A stretch of DNA of 61,556 bases, filler included, from Corallochytrium limacisporum Hawaii (GCA_002811645.1; 4 parts of 3 records of this genome joined end to end with filler, not necessarily neighbours in it); one strand, 5' to 3'. Counted from the whole stretch's first letter, positions 41,737-52,592 are shown. Notes: generated by a model from the letters alone, not told the origin. Numbers and translations are program-made.

Positions 41737-44037
41737 TCATTCCTGGAACACACCATGTCTCGCCACGAAATCCTTGGGAAACCGTGGCTTCTCCCGCTGC
41801 AGAAAGAGCACTGCTCTACGGTAAATGTTCTGCCGAAGGCGTTCGTTAGTTGGACTCTGCGCCGAGTAGGCCTGTACTTTCTCTGCAATGCCGTGGTAGT
41901 GCATAAAAGAGCGCAGCACGGATGCATGGACCTCAGCGCGCCGCTGCTCGGCCGCAGCGCGGGACGCAGGGTCGAGGGCGACCTCGGACGCACGGTCGTA
42001 GGTCGCCCAATCGAATAAGTTCTGGAGAAGATCCTGTTCGGCTACCAAAAGTGCATCGTTGACCATTTCCAGAGCCTTTGTCTCTCGCATGTAGCGCTCT
42101 TCGGGTGTCATGTCTGCCACTTTGTCTCGCAAAGCAGCGCCGTGCATGTGAGGGTCGACGTCAATTAGAACAGTCGGCAAGGTTGACTGCCTACGGCGCC
42201 TCAGACACGCTTTGAGTCGATTATTGCAATCCGTGCAGACCTTGAGTGCCACTGTGTCTTGCGCTTTACCCTTACCTTTGCCCAGCATCATGACTGTGTA
42301 GTCGGAAGAATTATACGCTGATGCCTGGGATGGCGTCGAGGGTACACTACTGTTTGCACGGCCGGACTTTGGGAAAAGATTTTCCCTTCCGAGCACTCGC
42401 AGATCGTTGCCGCAGACAACCCGACCGCACGTGCGACAGTGATGCCGCCGACGGACATCGAGAAAGAGCGCATCGGTCCAAGTCGAGAAATCGAGGCCGC
42501 AGATAGGACAGTCCTCTACAGATGCGTCTGGAATCCATGGTACCAATTTCTGCTCAGCACGCTTACGCTCGTTTCCCTGCAGCTCCGGATTCAGCAGCGC
42601 AACCTTCCGCGCCAGTGCGAGAAATTCGGCGTCATTGCTGCGTGCTTCCTGCCGCTTGATTTCCCGCAGCCGTGAAAATCTATGTGTCAGGTTCCGCTGA
42701 AGAATCGGCATACGCATTTCTGGAGAGGCCCCACGGTAGCCATCCACATTGTCGTCGATGCCCTCGTCCATGCCGTCGATGGCGGACCTGGTACCACCTG
42801 CGCCGCTGCTTCCATCCGCTGCTGCCACTGCAGCCGCACCCCCTGGTACCACTGCAGGTCTGACCTCATCCCGGGCGCCGCGTTCCTCTTGTTCCGCGGC
42901 ATAGATAGCAGCATTATAGCAGTCCTCACAGACTTGTGACTGGATCCCGTTTACCGGGTCATGTTCCGTGTTTGGTGCCAATCTAAGTTTATAGCCGCAG
43001 TGTTCCCTGCAGAAAATATTGCCACACTTCCGACAGTGCTGGCGCCGCTCGAGGAAGGTGAATTCCTTGCGGCAACCAAAGTACTGGCACACTGCGACGT
43101 CGTTATCTGGCCGCCAGTGAATTTGTGTCACTCTCTTGCGACCGGGAGGTACAGGCTGTGTGCGTGGGTCGATGCTAGGAACCCAGATATTGCCGTTCAT
43201 GGACGGAAGAATCGGTTTCACGTTAGCTGTACCGGCGGTTCCGGACCGAGTGGTTCCCGGCCCGCCGTCTTCCGCAGCACTTTGTCGTCCTTCGTTACTA
43301 CTTTGGCCCCCGTTGCAGAGAGCCGTGAGGTCCTGATTACTACCTGTCAGGGACCGCAGCGCACTTCCCAGGCCTTGAGAAAATCCAGTCATGAAGCGTG
43401 GAGTTGGGTTTGGAGTTGACGACGACAGTTGTTGATCCTGCTGTGACTGTGGCTGTTGCTGCGCCTCTGATGACGCAGCTTGTTCTTGGCCACTTACAGC
43501 GCCGGACACGCCGTACACCTGCGGAGAAAAGTCCATTGGTGGCACACCGCTGGCACTACCATACGAAACCTTCCGTGACCGAGTGACTAACGCAGTGCTA
43601 CCTTCTGTGTGGACGGAATCGGTGCCATCACTAGCCGCAGTTTGTGTGGAGAGCCGGGTCACACTTCGACTGATGGCTTCGTTGGAATCCAGAATGGAGC
43701 TCTGGTCTTTTGCAGAGCCCATCGGCGAGGTACCCCGCATTATCTTTGATGTTAGATAATCCATTGCTACTTTAGGGCTTCGCCTTCCTGGGCGAGGTGA
43801 CCCGTCCGGAGACTGTGTCGACGAGAAGCGACTGAGGGTACCGCTGGCTCTGAGTGGTTCCTCTAGGCTATTTTCCTGTGACAGCATAGTGATGCGCTTA
43901 TTGCTAGCTGATGATCGTTTCTCTTTGTTCTTCGACCATCCTTGTTTGAATGTGAAACCAAGATCATCGTCGTCGTCTGAACTGTTGTGGTCAAGCAGAT
44001 CGCTACCGACGACCTGTGCACCTCCTGGTCCAGGCAT
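41737..44037 (-). CDS. Double-FYVE zinc-finger endosomal protein, Vac1/Pep7/rabenosyn-5-like
   Basis: FYVE1 WRPD..C...C..RRQHCRKCGNIFC..HC...VCEDC; FYVE2 LVPWIPD...CPIC...RRRHHCRTCGRVVC...VCTDC; intervening RNLT..F..LR and EQKLVPW as in Vac1-type proteins. Confidence 0.82.
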   Translation of the reverse strand: MPGPGGAQVVGSDLLDHNSSDDDDDLGFTFKQGWSKNKEKRSSASNKRITMLSQENSLEEPLRASGTLSRFSSTQSPDGSPRPGRRSPKVAMDYLTSKIMRGTSPMGSAKDQSSILDSNEAISRSVTRLSTQTAASDGTDSVHTEGSTALVTRSRKVSYGSASGVPPMDFSPQVYGVSGAVSGQEQAASSEAQQQPQSQQDQQLSSSTPNPTPRFMTGFSQGLGSALRSLTGSNQDLTALCNGGQSSNEGRQSAAEDGGPGTTRSGTAGTANVKPILPSMNGNIWVPSIDPRTQPVPPGRKRVTQIHWRPDNDVAVCQYFGCRKEFTFLERRQHCRKCGNIFCREHCGYKLRLAPNTEHDPVNGIQSQVCEDCYNAAIYAAEQEERGARDEVRPAVVPGGAAAVAAADGSSGAGGTRSAIDGMDEGIDDNVDGYRGASPEMRMPILQRNLTHRFSRLREIKRQEARSNDAEFLALARKVALLNPELQGNERKRAEQKLVPWIPDASVEDCPICGLDFSTWTDALFLDVRRRHHCRTCGRVVCGNDLRVLGRENLFPKSGRANSSVPSTPSQASAYNSSDYTVMMLGKGKGKAQDTVALKVCTDCNNRLKACLRRRRQSTLPTVLIDVDPHMHGAALRDKVADMTPEERYMRETKALEMVNDALLVAEQDLLQNLFDWATYDRASEVALDPASRAAAEQRRAEVHASVLRSFMHYHGIAEKVQAYSAQSPTNERLRQNIYRRAVLFLQREKPRFPKDFVARHGVFQE

Positions 44038-44414
44038 GATTTCTGGTCTGTCAAGTCAAATTTCAAGTACAAAGCTACGTTACTGTCACCGCATTGTCGT
44101 TCTGCACGTGTTGTGTATCTTGGGGCCCATGGTTTCTGAAAGGTCTTCTTTCCAGTCTTGTCTCACCCTGCCACGTCAGTTTGTAGAGCACAAAGAATAC
44201 TTCCTATTCCGATATTGCAGTTTATTGGCACATTTTATCGGTATCGCCGATCAACCCTAACTACCATCCAAAGCACACCACCATAGGCGAGGTGCGTACT
44301 TATTTGTATGGCCTGTTCACTGCAACGCCTAATTCTCGCTTGGACGTCCGGTGTCAGTTTCATAAACCCCGGCCAGGCCACTCCCCCCTCCGGTGAGGAG
44401 GCGGTCTATCTCCT

Positions 44415-44441
44415 CCCCCCCCCCCCCCCCCCGGGGGGGGG
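44415..44441. promoter_or_regulatory. C18-G9 homopolymer junction ~380 bp upstream of the FYVE gene (example of the recurring CnGn element)
   Basis: Similar elements lie upstream of other genes (14254, 38746, 48431, 52576); the function is inferred. Confidence 0.45.
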
Positions 44442-44749
44442 TGTTGGTTGGGGGCCTCAACGTAGGTCGAGATTGTTCTTGCGAAGAAGCACAAGGCTTT
44501 CTTCCACAAGCCACCCCCATCTCCCTCCCTCCCCCGGGCGGATTGGCGCTTGGCAAAGAGAAGATGGTGGTGGGAGGTGGTAGCATCAAGTGATAATTGG
44601 GTCCCCTCCGAGTAAATACGGACGGTGAGATAAACTGAGGCGGAGAAGGGACCGGTCGCAATCGAGCTGAGTGCTAGGGAGATAGCGTGTGCGTGTGATG
44701 ACATATTTGCACTGACTGCTTTTATTGCGTGTAGTGATAGTGGTAGTCA

Positions 44750-46162
44750 CTATTCTTTGAGCATCTTCCGTTTCTTATTGCGAAGGCGACGTTTGTCCTC
44801 AAAGCCTTCCCGGTCAAGGTCGATGATGACCTTCTGGCGCTGTTCAAAGACCAGCTTGAGCACCTTGACAATTTCAGACTCCGGATAAGATCTCTCGGTG
44901 ATTTCCTTGCCGATACGCTCTTCGATGGCCTGGATGCGGTCAATGTCAAATTGTGAAGTAAAGGAGATGGCCTGACCCTTGCGGCCTGCGCGGGCTGTAC
45001 GACCGACGCGGTGAACATAGTCATCTGGATCTCGTGGTAGGTCATAGTTGATCACCGCAGCAACCGTCGGTATGTCCAGACCACGAGCTGCCACATCGGT
45101 AGCGATGAGAATCTTCACAATTTGTGACTTGAATTTGGCCAGCGATGACAATCGTTCGTTCTGGGACAGCCGCGAGTGCAACATAGTGCACCGTTGACCC
45201 AGCTCTCGCATTGTTCGACCGATCACCTCACAAGCCCGTGTAGTTTCCACGAAGACAATGACATCTTTTCCTTCCATTGCCTCCAACTCAACCAACAACG
45301 TTGCTTCTTTGACATTTACGGGAACGAGCATGTACTCCTGCTCCAATTTCTCAACTGTGACTTCTTCAACCGCGGGGTCATGCATAAACAGCTCTGAGGC
45401 CTTGGTATTGATCTGTGGGGTAGTCTTACTCAACACTGGCTGTTTCTTGGTTTCCCCTAGTGCCTTCGCTGATGATTTGATCGCTTTTGCATAGTCTCTC
45501 ATCGGATCGGACACGGTGGCACTGAAGAGCAGCTTCTGACGCATTGATGAGTCGCCCATGGCATCGAATATGGTGCGCAGATCCCGCGCAAAAGTACTCG
45601 ACAGCAGCCGATCGGCCTCGTCGAGGACAAGAAACCGTGAGCGCTGTAGCGTCATTTCCCGTGTCGCTCCGCTATTAATGTGGTCGGCCAGCCGTCCCGG
45701 AGTGGCAATGATAATATGGGGCTTCTTACTCAACTGTAGGCCCTGCGTCATCATGTCCATGCCTCCAACAATCACCACCGTACGCAACTGAATGGAGCCT
45801 CCTACCGCTCTGAACTGCTCATCGATCTGGAAGGCCAGCTCCCGAGTTGGGGTGAGCACCACCGCGTAGTAGCCAAATGGGTCTTTGGCAAAAGCGTCTA
45901 AAATAGGTAGAGCAAAGGCCATAGTTTTTCCACTGCCAGTCTTTGCACCTCCGATTACACTGCGACCAGCGAGAACTTGTGGGATACATGCCTTCTGTAC
46001 GTCTGTTGGGTAGCTCAGTCCTAGCGAGCGCAGTTGTTGACACAGCCATGCTGACAGTCCCAGATCTGTAAATCTCTTCTTTCCGGTACTCTTCTGGCCG
46101 TTATCAGACTCTCTATGATCCTGCGTACATGACGGCTCTGCGTCCTTCCTTTTCTTAGTCAT
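44750..46162 (-). CDS. DBP8: DEAD-box RNA helicase DBP8/DDX49 (40S biogenesis)
   Basis: Q motif F..LGL..WL....PTDVQ, AKTGSGKT, DPFG..AVVLTPTRELAFQI, DEAD, SAT, ARGLDIP, HRVGRTARAGR. Confidence 0.9.
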   Translation of the reverse strand: MTKKRKDAEPSCTQDHRESDNGQKSTGKKRFTDLGLSAWLCQQLRSLGLSYPTDVQKACIPQVLAGRSVIGGAKTGSGKTMAFALPILDAFAKDPFGYYAVVLTPTRELAFQIDEQFRAVGGSIQLRTVVIVGGMDMMTQGLQLSKKPHIIIATPGRLADHINSGATREMTLQRSRFLVLDEADRLLSSTFARDLRTIFDAMGDSSMRQKLLFSATVSDPMRDYAKAIKSSAKALGETKKQPVLSKTTPQINTKASELFMHDPAVEEVTVEKLEQEYMLVPVNVKEATLLVELEAMEGKDVIVFVETTRACEVIGRTMRELGQRCTMLHSRLSQNERLSSLAKFKSQIVKILIATDVAARGLDIPTVAAVINYDLPRDPDDYVHRVGRTARAGRKGQAISFTSQFDIDRIQAIEERIGKEITERSYPESEIVKVLKLVFEQRQKVIIDLDREGFEDKRRLRNKKRKMLKE

Positions 46163-46393
46163 TCTGTACTTACTTTGATAGTTTTACATTTTCTTTAAGA
46201 CTACTGAAAATGATCAGTCATGTAGGTCGAACTTAAGTACATTTTAACACACAACTAAAGAGACCTAAGTCTTAAAATACGTCACAAAATGAAGGGACGT
46301 CCGTCAAGACCGTGTACGCACGCCGTCTGCCAACACACGCACTCCCATAAATCCGCTCACCGAAGGGCCAGAAACCCGCGTGGAATTCCCCCC

Positions 46394-46619
46394 NNNNNNN
46401 NNNNNNNNNNNNNNNNNNNNNNNNNNNNNNNNNNNNNNNNNNNNNNNNNNNNNNNNNNNNNNNNNNNNNNNNNNNNNNNNNNNNNNNNNNNNNNNNNNNN
46501 NNNNNNNNNNNNNNNNNNNNNNNNNNNNNNNNNNNNNNNNNNNNNNNNNNNNNNNNNNNNNNNNNNNNNNNNNNNNNNNNNNNNNNNNNNNNNNNNNNNN
46601 NNNNNNNNNNNNNNNNNNN
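46394..46619. other. Assembly gap (226 N) flanked by C-runs on both sides
   Basis: N-run without a linker, between CCCCCC and CCCC. Confidence 0.95.
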
Positions 46620-46838
46620 CCCCACCCAGCGAATCCTGCTGGCTGGTAGCAGGGGCCTTTTGGTCAATCAGTAGTTCAATAGCCCACTCCTGCACTCCGG
46701 GTTAGCATCCGGTAACGCGAATATGCCATGGTTGTAAGTCTGTTGTCAATTATTGTTGGTCAATGTGGCAGTGACAGTAGTTTATATGGATGAGAAATTT
46801 TGAAGATGACGAAAGAATTGATGTTGGTATGATGGGGA

Positions 46839-47744
46839 TTAGAGCTTAGACGTGCCTGGACGAGGTAGTGGATCATAGAGGTACACTGCTCGGAAGAGGG
46901 TGGCATTATCTTGACGGAAGACTGCATGCACTTCGTTGTGGGCGACTAAGTAGAGATGGCACTCGTACTCGCCACCACGGGCTGTCAGTTCTTGTTTGTA
47001 GTCAACAGCCACAGCGCGGGGGTGGTTTGTGAGCAGATGGTGTAGTCGTTCCTCGACCGTTTTATCCTCAATTGCAAATGTCTGTGCATCATACACGTAG
47101 CGGAAATAGTTTGCCTGGTTCAGGTGCGAATTAATGTCTTCATGGCTGTAGCTGACCTTGAATTTATATACAAAGTTCGGCTTCGAACAGGCTTCCGTCT
47201 CGCGCTTGTGGGCATTGTTGAGTTCCAAGCAGAGACTCTTGGCCAATTCAGCAAACTCAGGCTTCTTCTCCGGAAGGTTACACTCCGCCAAGACCTCAGG
47301 TAGCTTCACAGGACGGAGATTCTCGGTGAAGACGCAGGTACAATTGCAGGTGGCAATGGGCGTCCACTCCCCGGTCCCACCTCCCCGGTGGCGACTCTGC
47401 AATTTCGCATACATGCTGGTGATCAAGTCGAAACTTGAGTTTCCGCGGCCCACAATTTCATTTACAAGCTTCAGCTCATCTCCTGAGGACATGAAGAACA
47501 TGGCCTTGCGATCGACTAGAATGGACTGACTGCGAACGACGCTACGGCGAACTCCCCACAAGTGGCTGTTGTTGCGGAACCATTCGCTGCGAGCGTCCTG
47601 CAACCAACCCAAAACCGTCCACATGGGTACCTGATAGTTCCGATCAAGTCCGGTATTCAAGACTGGCAGGCACTTTTCATGGTAAGATTGTAGCTCATTT
47701 GCACGGTCGCTGGAGCCCGTGGCCTTGGTACCCTCCATGGTCAT
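46839..47744 (-). CDS. Double hot-dog fold acyl-CoA/acyl-ACP thioesterase-like protein
   Basis: N-terminal domain LDRNYQV....LGWLQDARSEWF...GNSSF; C-terminal domain EDINSHLNQANYFRY, resembling the DxNxHVNNxxY motif of acyl-ACP thioesterases. Confidence 0.72.
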   Translation of the reverse strand: MTMEGTKATGSSDRANELQSYHEKCLPVLNTGLDRNYQVPMWTVLGWLQDARSEWFRNNSHLWGVRRSVVRSQSILVDRKAMFFMSSGDELKLVNEIVGRGNSSFDLITSMYAKLQSRHRGGGTGEWTPIATCNCTCVFTENLRPVKLPEVLAECNLPEKKPEFAELAKSLCLELNNAHKRETEACSKPNFVYKFKVSYSHEDINSHLNQANYFRYVYDAQTFAIEDKTVEERLHHLLTNHPRAVAVDYKQELTARGGEYECHLYLVAHNEVHAVFRQDNATLFRAVYLYDPLPRPGTSKL

Positions 47745-49274
47745 CGCTCGATTGTGGGCGAGTACAGTTGTATTGAATACACGGATTCGTTGTTCTCTAC
47801 AGAACTTCCATATGAGAACCAGCTACACTCTAAATAGTATGTAGTTACCACTGCTATCCGCTTTCTGTTGTATTCGTACACAAGTGCTCCACGTTCGCGA
47901 ATGACTTCTGTCGGACCGTGTCAGCTGACCTCCGAACGGACGCTTGTCCAGGACCCGTCCTTAACCCTTTTGCTTCGCCCGTAATACGCTAGTGCATCAA
48001 CGCTTGCTGCTGCCCCCCGCCGCATTTTTTTCTCTCGAATATACCGAAGGTCCTCCTTTAACGAATGTGACGGCCCCACCAACTCTCTGCTTCTACCACC
48101 ATTCGTTCTCCCGTCAGTTTTCCTTTCTTTTGCATTTGTGTTCAGGTGCCAGAGTTCCCCCCCCCCCTCACTTCCTCCCGCCCTTGTGCATAGATGTCGA
48201 ATGAAAACACGCACCCTTTGCTATTCGTCGTGGCCCCTCCCTATTTTTAGCCCACATCTTGCCCTTCCCCCCACCTCGTCGCTCCAACCCCTCCTCCCCC
48301 CCCCCAACGCCAGCCCCATTCTTTGCTTCTGCAAATGGATGTGCTTTGTGCTACCGCTACCCACTACCATCTCCGAATTTGCGGTCTCCCAACAGTCTGT
48401 GTGCCCGCCCATACAGGGGCAAACTCCTGTCCCCCGGGGAGTGAGACGAGGTCTGGTGGGCGACTTGCCCCTTCAACTCTCGTCTTCGTCACTTTCTCGG
48501 TCTGAGCCCTTTCATTCTTCGTCATCGTCACCCCCAACCACCAAGGACACAAACCAACGTATAGTGGTACTGCGGATGCTCACGAGAGATCGGATCAATC
48601 AATGGATGTCCTGTAGGCTGGTGCAATCCGTTTCAAGTTTACCCACCGATTTCGTTGGGGAGTTGCGCGGTGGTGGTGCTGAAGCTCTTCGGCTTTCAAC
48701 AGCCTATCACTAATCGCGCAGCTTACTCGCTTGTGTGCGTGTCCTGAGTTTGTTGTGAAGCAACTCCGTCACATCCCAAGAAATATGTGGTGAACTGTGG
48801 GTTTTTGGATGCAGCATGCAAACGTATGCACGCTTTGCGGCCCCGCTTGGCATTGGTCGGTGTATGGCAATATGGGGCCTAATTTCAGGGCCATCAGAAG
48901 GGAGTCTATTTTTCATCAGGCCAGACCTACATGAGTGGCTGTTTTGAAAAGGTAGGCACCGTCCGGACTCCCAGCAGTGTTGGGGTCCGTTGACACGCAT
49001 GAGCTGGCAGTTTGGTCGTTGCTGAATTTCCCTGCCGAGACAGTGAGACAGTCAGTTTGTGAGATACCGTTGGTAATACCAATGGTACCCAAGACACAAA
49101 TGCTATGGAACAATAAAACCGGCGTATCATAGCAAGTCCCATAGTTCTAGAGACTGGCTAGACCAAATAGGATAAGTGAGCTTTGTAAGGGTGCTCAAGA
49201 GATGCAATCTTCCCTACTATTCTCAAGGCTGAGACCAAATCACCGAACGCAGTGAAAAAGCAAAGAAATCAAAT

Positions 49275-50150
49275 ATGCCGGACGTATCTGCTACCGTCTT
49301 GTTGCTGACCAGTGATGGAGAGCGGTTTAGTCTGCCGAAGGGTTTAAAACAAGTTGTGGTCGTGGGACCAACAGAGATCGGCGGAGGCAAGACTGCAGCT
49401 CAGCGTTATGGGTCGGCCGTGTTTCCGGTTCCGCTATGCGGTGCTGTAGGTGCAATTTCTCGGACGTCTGTGGATATAACCCCTCTGAAAATTGGCATTA
49501 CGCAGGCTATCTCCGGGGAAGTTACCATGCTGGACATGGAAAAGGACCTGAGTATTTCTCCTGTAGTCATTGAACCGGTCGCCTTACCGCCGATTAGTTA
49601 TGTCACCGCAAGAACTACCCCTGAGAGCGGACTGCTGGTATTTAACTGCGTTACAGAGCAGGACCTTGCGTGCACTTTGGCAATGGCAGTGAGTAACACT
49701 ATCGAAAAGTCAGGAATCCCTAACCTGCACCTGCTAATGGTCGCCAATGCAACAAGCGTCAGCGATGGAAAAGGCAGCAAACCTCCGAGCTTAGAATCCG
49801 TGTGGGTTCGCAGTGCATCACAGCAGTTGCCAGAGATAGGTGAGGGCAGTGGGGTACCTTTGGATCTTGGTGCAGAGTACGACCTCGTCTCCGCCTTCGA
49901 CACCGCTCTGTTTCAACATGGGCTGGTAGTTTTGCAACCGTCAGCTGTGGCAGTTGCCGGTGTGCGCAGCATGGCAATGCGAACTGGTAATGCATATAAG
50001 GCCGGTACTTGGGATGTGCGTGCGGCAAACATCATTCAGCTGTTGGGATCGATTGTGTTTGGTGCCAAACTTCGACCAGCAGACTGTGACAGACCACAAC
50101 TTCACTCTGCTCTGAATCCAGCTGAAGGTGAACGGTCAATGTACACGTAA
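49275..50150 (+). CDS. Probable proteasome assembly chaperone (PAC1/PSMG1-like), 291 aa
   Basis: Intact alpha/beta-looking ORF ending in M-Y-T-stop, an HbYX motif; the length is similar to PAC1/PAC2. Internal similarity could not be verified. Confidence 0.5.
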   Translation: MPDVSATVLLLTSDGERFSLPKGLKQVVVVGPTEIGGGKTAAQRYGSAVFPVPLCGAVGAISRTSVDITPLKIGITQAISGEVTMLDMEKDLSISPVVIEPVALPPISYVTARTTPESGLLVFNCVTEQDLACTLAMAVSNTIEKSGIPNLHLLMVANATSVSDGKGSKPPSLESVWVRSASQQLPEIGEGSGVPLDLGAEYDLVSAFDTALFQHGLVVLQPSAVAVAGVRSMAMRTGNAYKAGTWDVRAANIIQLLGSIVFGAKLRPADCDRPQLHSALNPAEGERSMYT

Positions 50151-50234
50151 AGCAGCTTCACATGTTTGAGAGCCATGAGAATTTCCACCTTCGACTAAAA
50201 ATTGTCTATTTGCTTATTTGAGTCTGCATTGCAT

Positions 50235-52214
50235 TCAGCGCTTGTTCACAATGTCCTTTATAGCCCGGCCCTCGGCAGATGCAACAAACCAATCTAAATC
50301 CTCGTTCCAATGACGCCGAAGGCCCTTGTTGGACAGCGTACGCATCAGGGCGGCAACGTCCGTATGCATGTCAGCAAAATCACGCTGTGCCTTAGCTGTG
50401 TAGTGCTCAGAGTGCTCTCGTAATCTGTGAACTACGGCCGGCACAGTTCTCTGGGCATCCCGAGCCAGCATCATGCCTTTAATAGTGACTAGGAACAGCA
50501 GCCAATTCGTCTCCACAACACCGACCTGCCCCAGTTCGCCCGGTTGGGCCAATACATTCTCGTCCGTCCAGCCCCAGAATCGTTCCAGGCCTTTGGCATC
50601 CCTGCGACGCGCATATTGACCCATGATGGTGACAATATTGTGAGCATTCAGAGCCAGGCACCGTTCCTCGGCTTCATTGTTTACATTCTTCGGAATGATA
50701 GCCAGATTCCTTACAAGTCGCTCTGCGTTGTTGGGACCACCACACCGATCAAACAAAGTTAGTGCCACGGTTGTCAAATCAGGACGGACCGGTCTTGGAT
50801 CCACTGCCCGCAACATCTGTTCCATGCGTACACGTAGCCAAGGACCATTTAGCTCAAGTCCAAAAGGCTCCGGCTTCAGACTTGATCTGGTGGACAAATC
50901 AGTTTCCTTTTCCGAAGCCAAAGGTCGGTGACCACGTTTATCGACGGTACTTGGGTCAAGGCTGATTCTCTGTTCCAATCCCAGGGGTCCAATCTCAGTG
51001 GCATCATTGGTCACACTCTCAGTCATGCTAGTCTGGCTCTCTCGCTCGACAAAATCAAGATACTCACTGTAAAGCCGCAGTAGAGTCCTACAACCCGGTG
51101 GATCCAGGACTTCCTCTGATTCGACGTATACCGTAGCCATGTCGAAAGCATCTCCCAATCTTCCCAGGTTAGACATAGATGTTACTAATTGAGTGTAAGT
51201 CTGTCCGTCCGGTTTCACGTCCATCCTACGCATAAGCTCAAGCACAGCCTGTATACCATCTGCACTGATTCTGCCCTTAGCCACTTCCCTCAGATACTGA
51301 TTGAAGAACTTAACGTCCATCGGTGTGTCAGTTTTGCTCAGCGCGTTCAGTAAATCATCTAGTCCACTTTCATCCCTCTGGGCGGTCACAACAGTCAAAG
51401 CCCCGGTCATGAAATTGGCGTCGATGGAAATGGAGTGTTCGATGAGCTGTGAATACCAATACCTCATCTCCTGGACGGCATTCTCTTCCTCCGATCCTGC
51501 GACCATGCACAATTCAATCATCCGAGTGTCCGGTAGCCCCCCCCTCTCATCAATCCACTCCGAGTACAACATTCGGGCAAAAGTGACATTGCGGTGCATG
51601 GCCGCATTACGCAGTGCCTCTCTATAGTGATCCCCCGTGGTGGGCACATTATGCTGTTTCATCAGCCGTAATGTGTTTTGCACTTTGCTAGTCGGCGCAC
51701 GAAGACTGTTTAGACACCGCAGGTACTGGCTGAAGATGAGGCGACCCTTGGTACTCCAGGTAGGATACAAAAACTGAAGCAAATCGTCTGCTAAATGCTC
51801 CAGCTTGGATGATTCAGCATCCATTACTATCTTCGGGTTGCAGTTCGCGAATGCCCTCCCCAGGGTGGCAGCGCTCAGTGATTTAGTCTTGACCGCCATA
51901 CTAATCGTATCCCGCAGCCCGATATATGTCGGAATGTGTCCCAAATGTTCAAAATTTAGGCCATGCTTTGCACGAGCATGCGTTTTGTGTCGATCTACAT
52001 GTTTTTCTTTACTTGGTCCGCCTTTACCATTCACATAGTTCCTACTAACTGACAGCACTGAACACAGTACGCTTGACGGTGTCCCATGCGGTCGCGGGGG
52101 TATTAGGATTGACAAAGACCCACTTGCTTTCGAATACGTTGATGAAAATATTAATGCTCTGTTAAAGCCTATTCCTTGTGTTAAGCGGCGGTCCAGCCGC
52201 CATAATCCATACAT
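50235..52214 (-). CDS. Mitochondrial pentatricopeptide-repeat (PPR) protein
   Basis: ~35-aa helical repeats (LMKQHNVPTTGDHYREAL, GLPDTRMIELCM, MDVKFFNQYL, LMRRMDVKPDGQTYTQLVTSMSNLGRLGDAF); Arg/Ser-rich presequence from ATG 52214 (MYGLWRLDRRLTQ..). Confidence 0.8.
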   Translation of the reverse strand: MYGLWRLDRRLTQGIGFNRALIFSSTYSKASGSLSILIPPRPHGTPSSVLCSVLSVSRNYVNGKGGPSKEKHVDRHKTHARAKHGLNFEHLGHIPTYIGLRDTISMAVKTKSLSAATLGRAFANCNPKIVMDAESSKLEHLADDLLQFLYPTWSTKGRLIFSQYLRCLNSLRAPTSKVQNTLRLMKQHNVPTTGDHYREALRNAAMHRNVTFARMLYSEWIDERGGLPDTRMIELCMVAGSEEENAVQEMRYWYSQLIEHSISIDANFMTGALTVVTAQRDESGLDDLLNALSKTDTPMDVKFFNQYLREVAKGRISADGIQAVLELMRRMDVKPDGQTYTQLVTSMSNLGRLGDAFDMATVYVESEEVLDPPGCRTLLRLYSEYLDFVERESQTSMTESVTNDATEIGPLGLEQRISLDPSTVDKRGHRPLASEKETDLSTRSSLKPEPFGLELNGPWLRVRMEQMLRAVDPRPVRPDLTTVALTLFDRCGGPNNAERLVRNLAIIPKNVNNEAEERCLALNAHNIVTIMGQYARRRDAKGLERFWGWTDENVLAQPGELGQVGVVETNWLLFLVTIKGMMLARDAQRTVPAVVHRLREHSEHYTAKAQRDFADMHTDVAALMRTLSNKGLRRHWNEDLDWFVASAEGRAIKDIVNKR

Positions 52215-52563
52215 GACTGTTGGGTCATTGAAAATTGCCTCATGTCCCGCACGGGCATATTTGGCTAACAACCATAGCTGCAGCTTTAGTTCACCCTTTT
52301 TATAATCATAGGCCCACTGAGATCCAAGAAAAATTGCCTTCAGTGGCTAAGTATAATGATTCATCTCATATGATCTCATGAATCAAAAATACCAGGACAC
52401 GACGCCAGAACAGCGCTGTCACTGGCAGCACAGTAATTGTTAGGCGTGGATTCATTGACCGGAGAAAGGGGCCTTGAGGGCCCGCACCGGTCTCAGACAC
52501 GCTCGCCAGGGAGGTGGATTTCAAGTGGGAAGTGCCGCTCTCCTTGGCCCACACCGAGAGAGG

Positions 52564-52592
52564 CCCCCTCCCCCGCCCCGGGGGGGGGGGGG
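52564..52592. promoter_or_regulatory. C-rich/G13 junction ~350 bp upstream of the PPR gene
   Basis: CCCCCTCCCCCGCCCC followed by G13. Confidence 0.45.
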
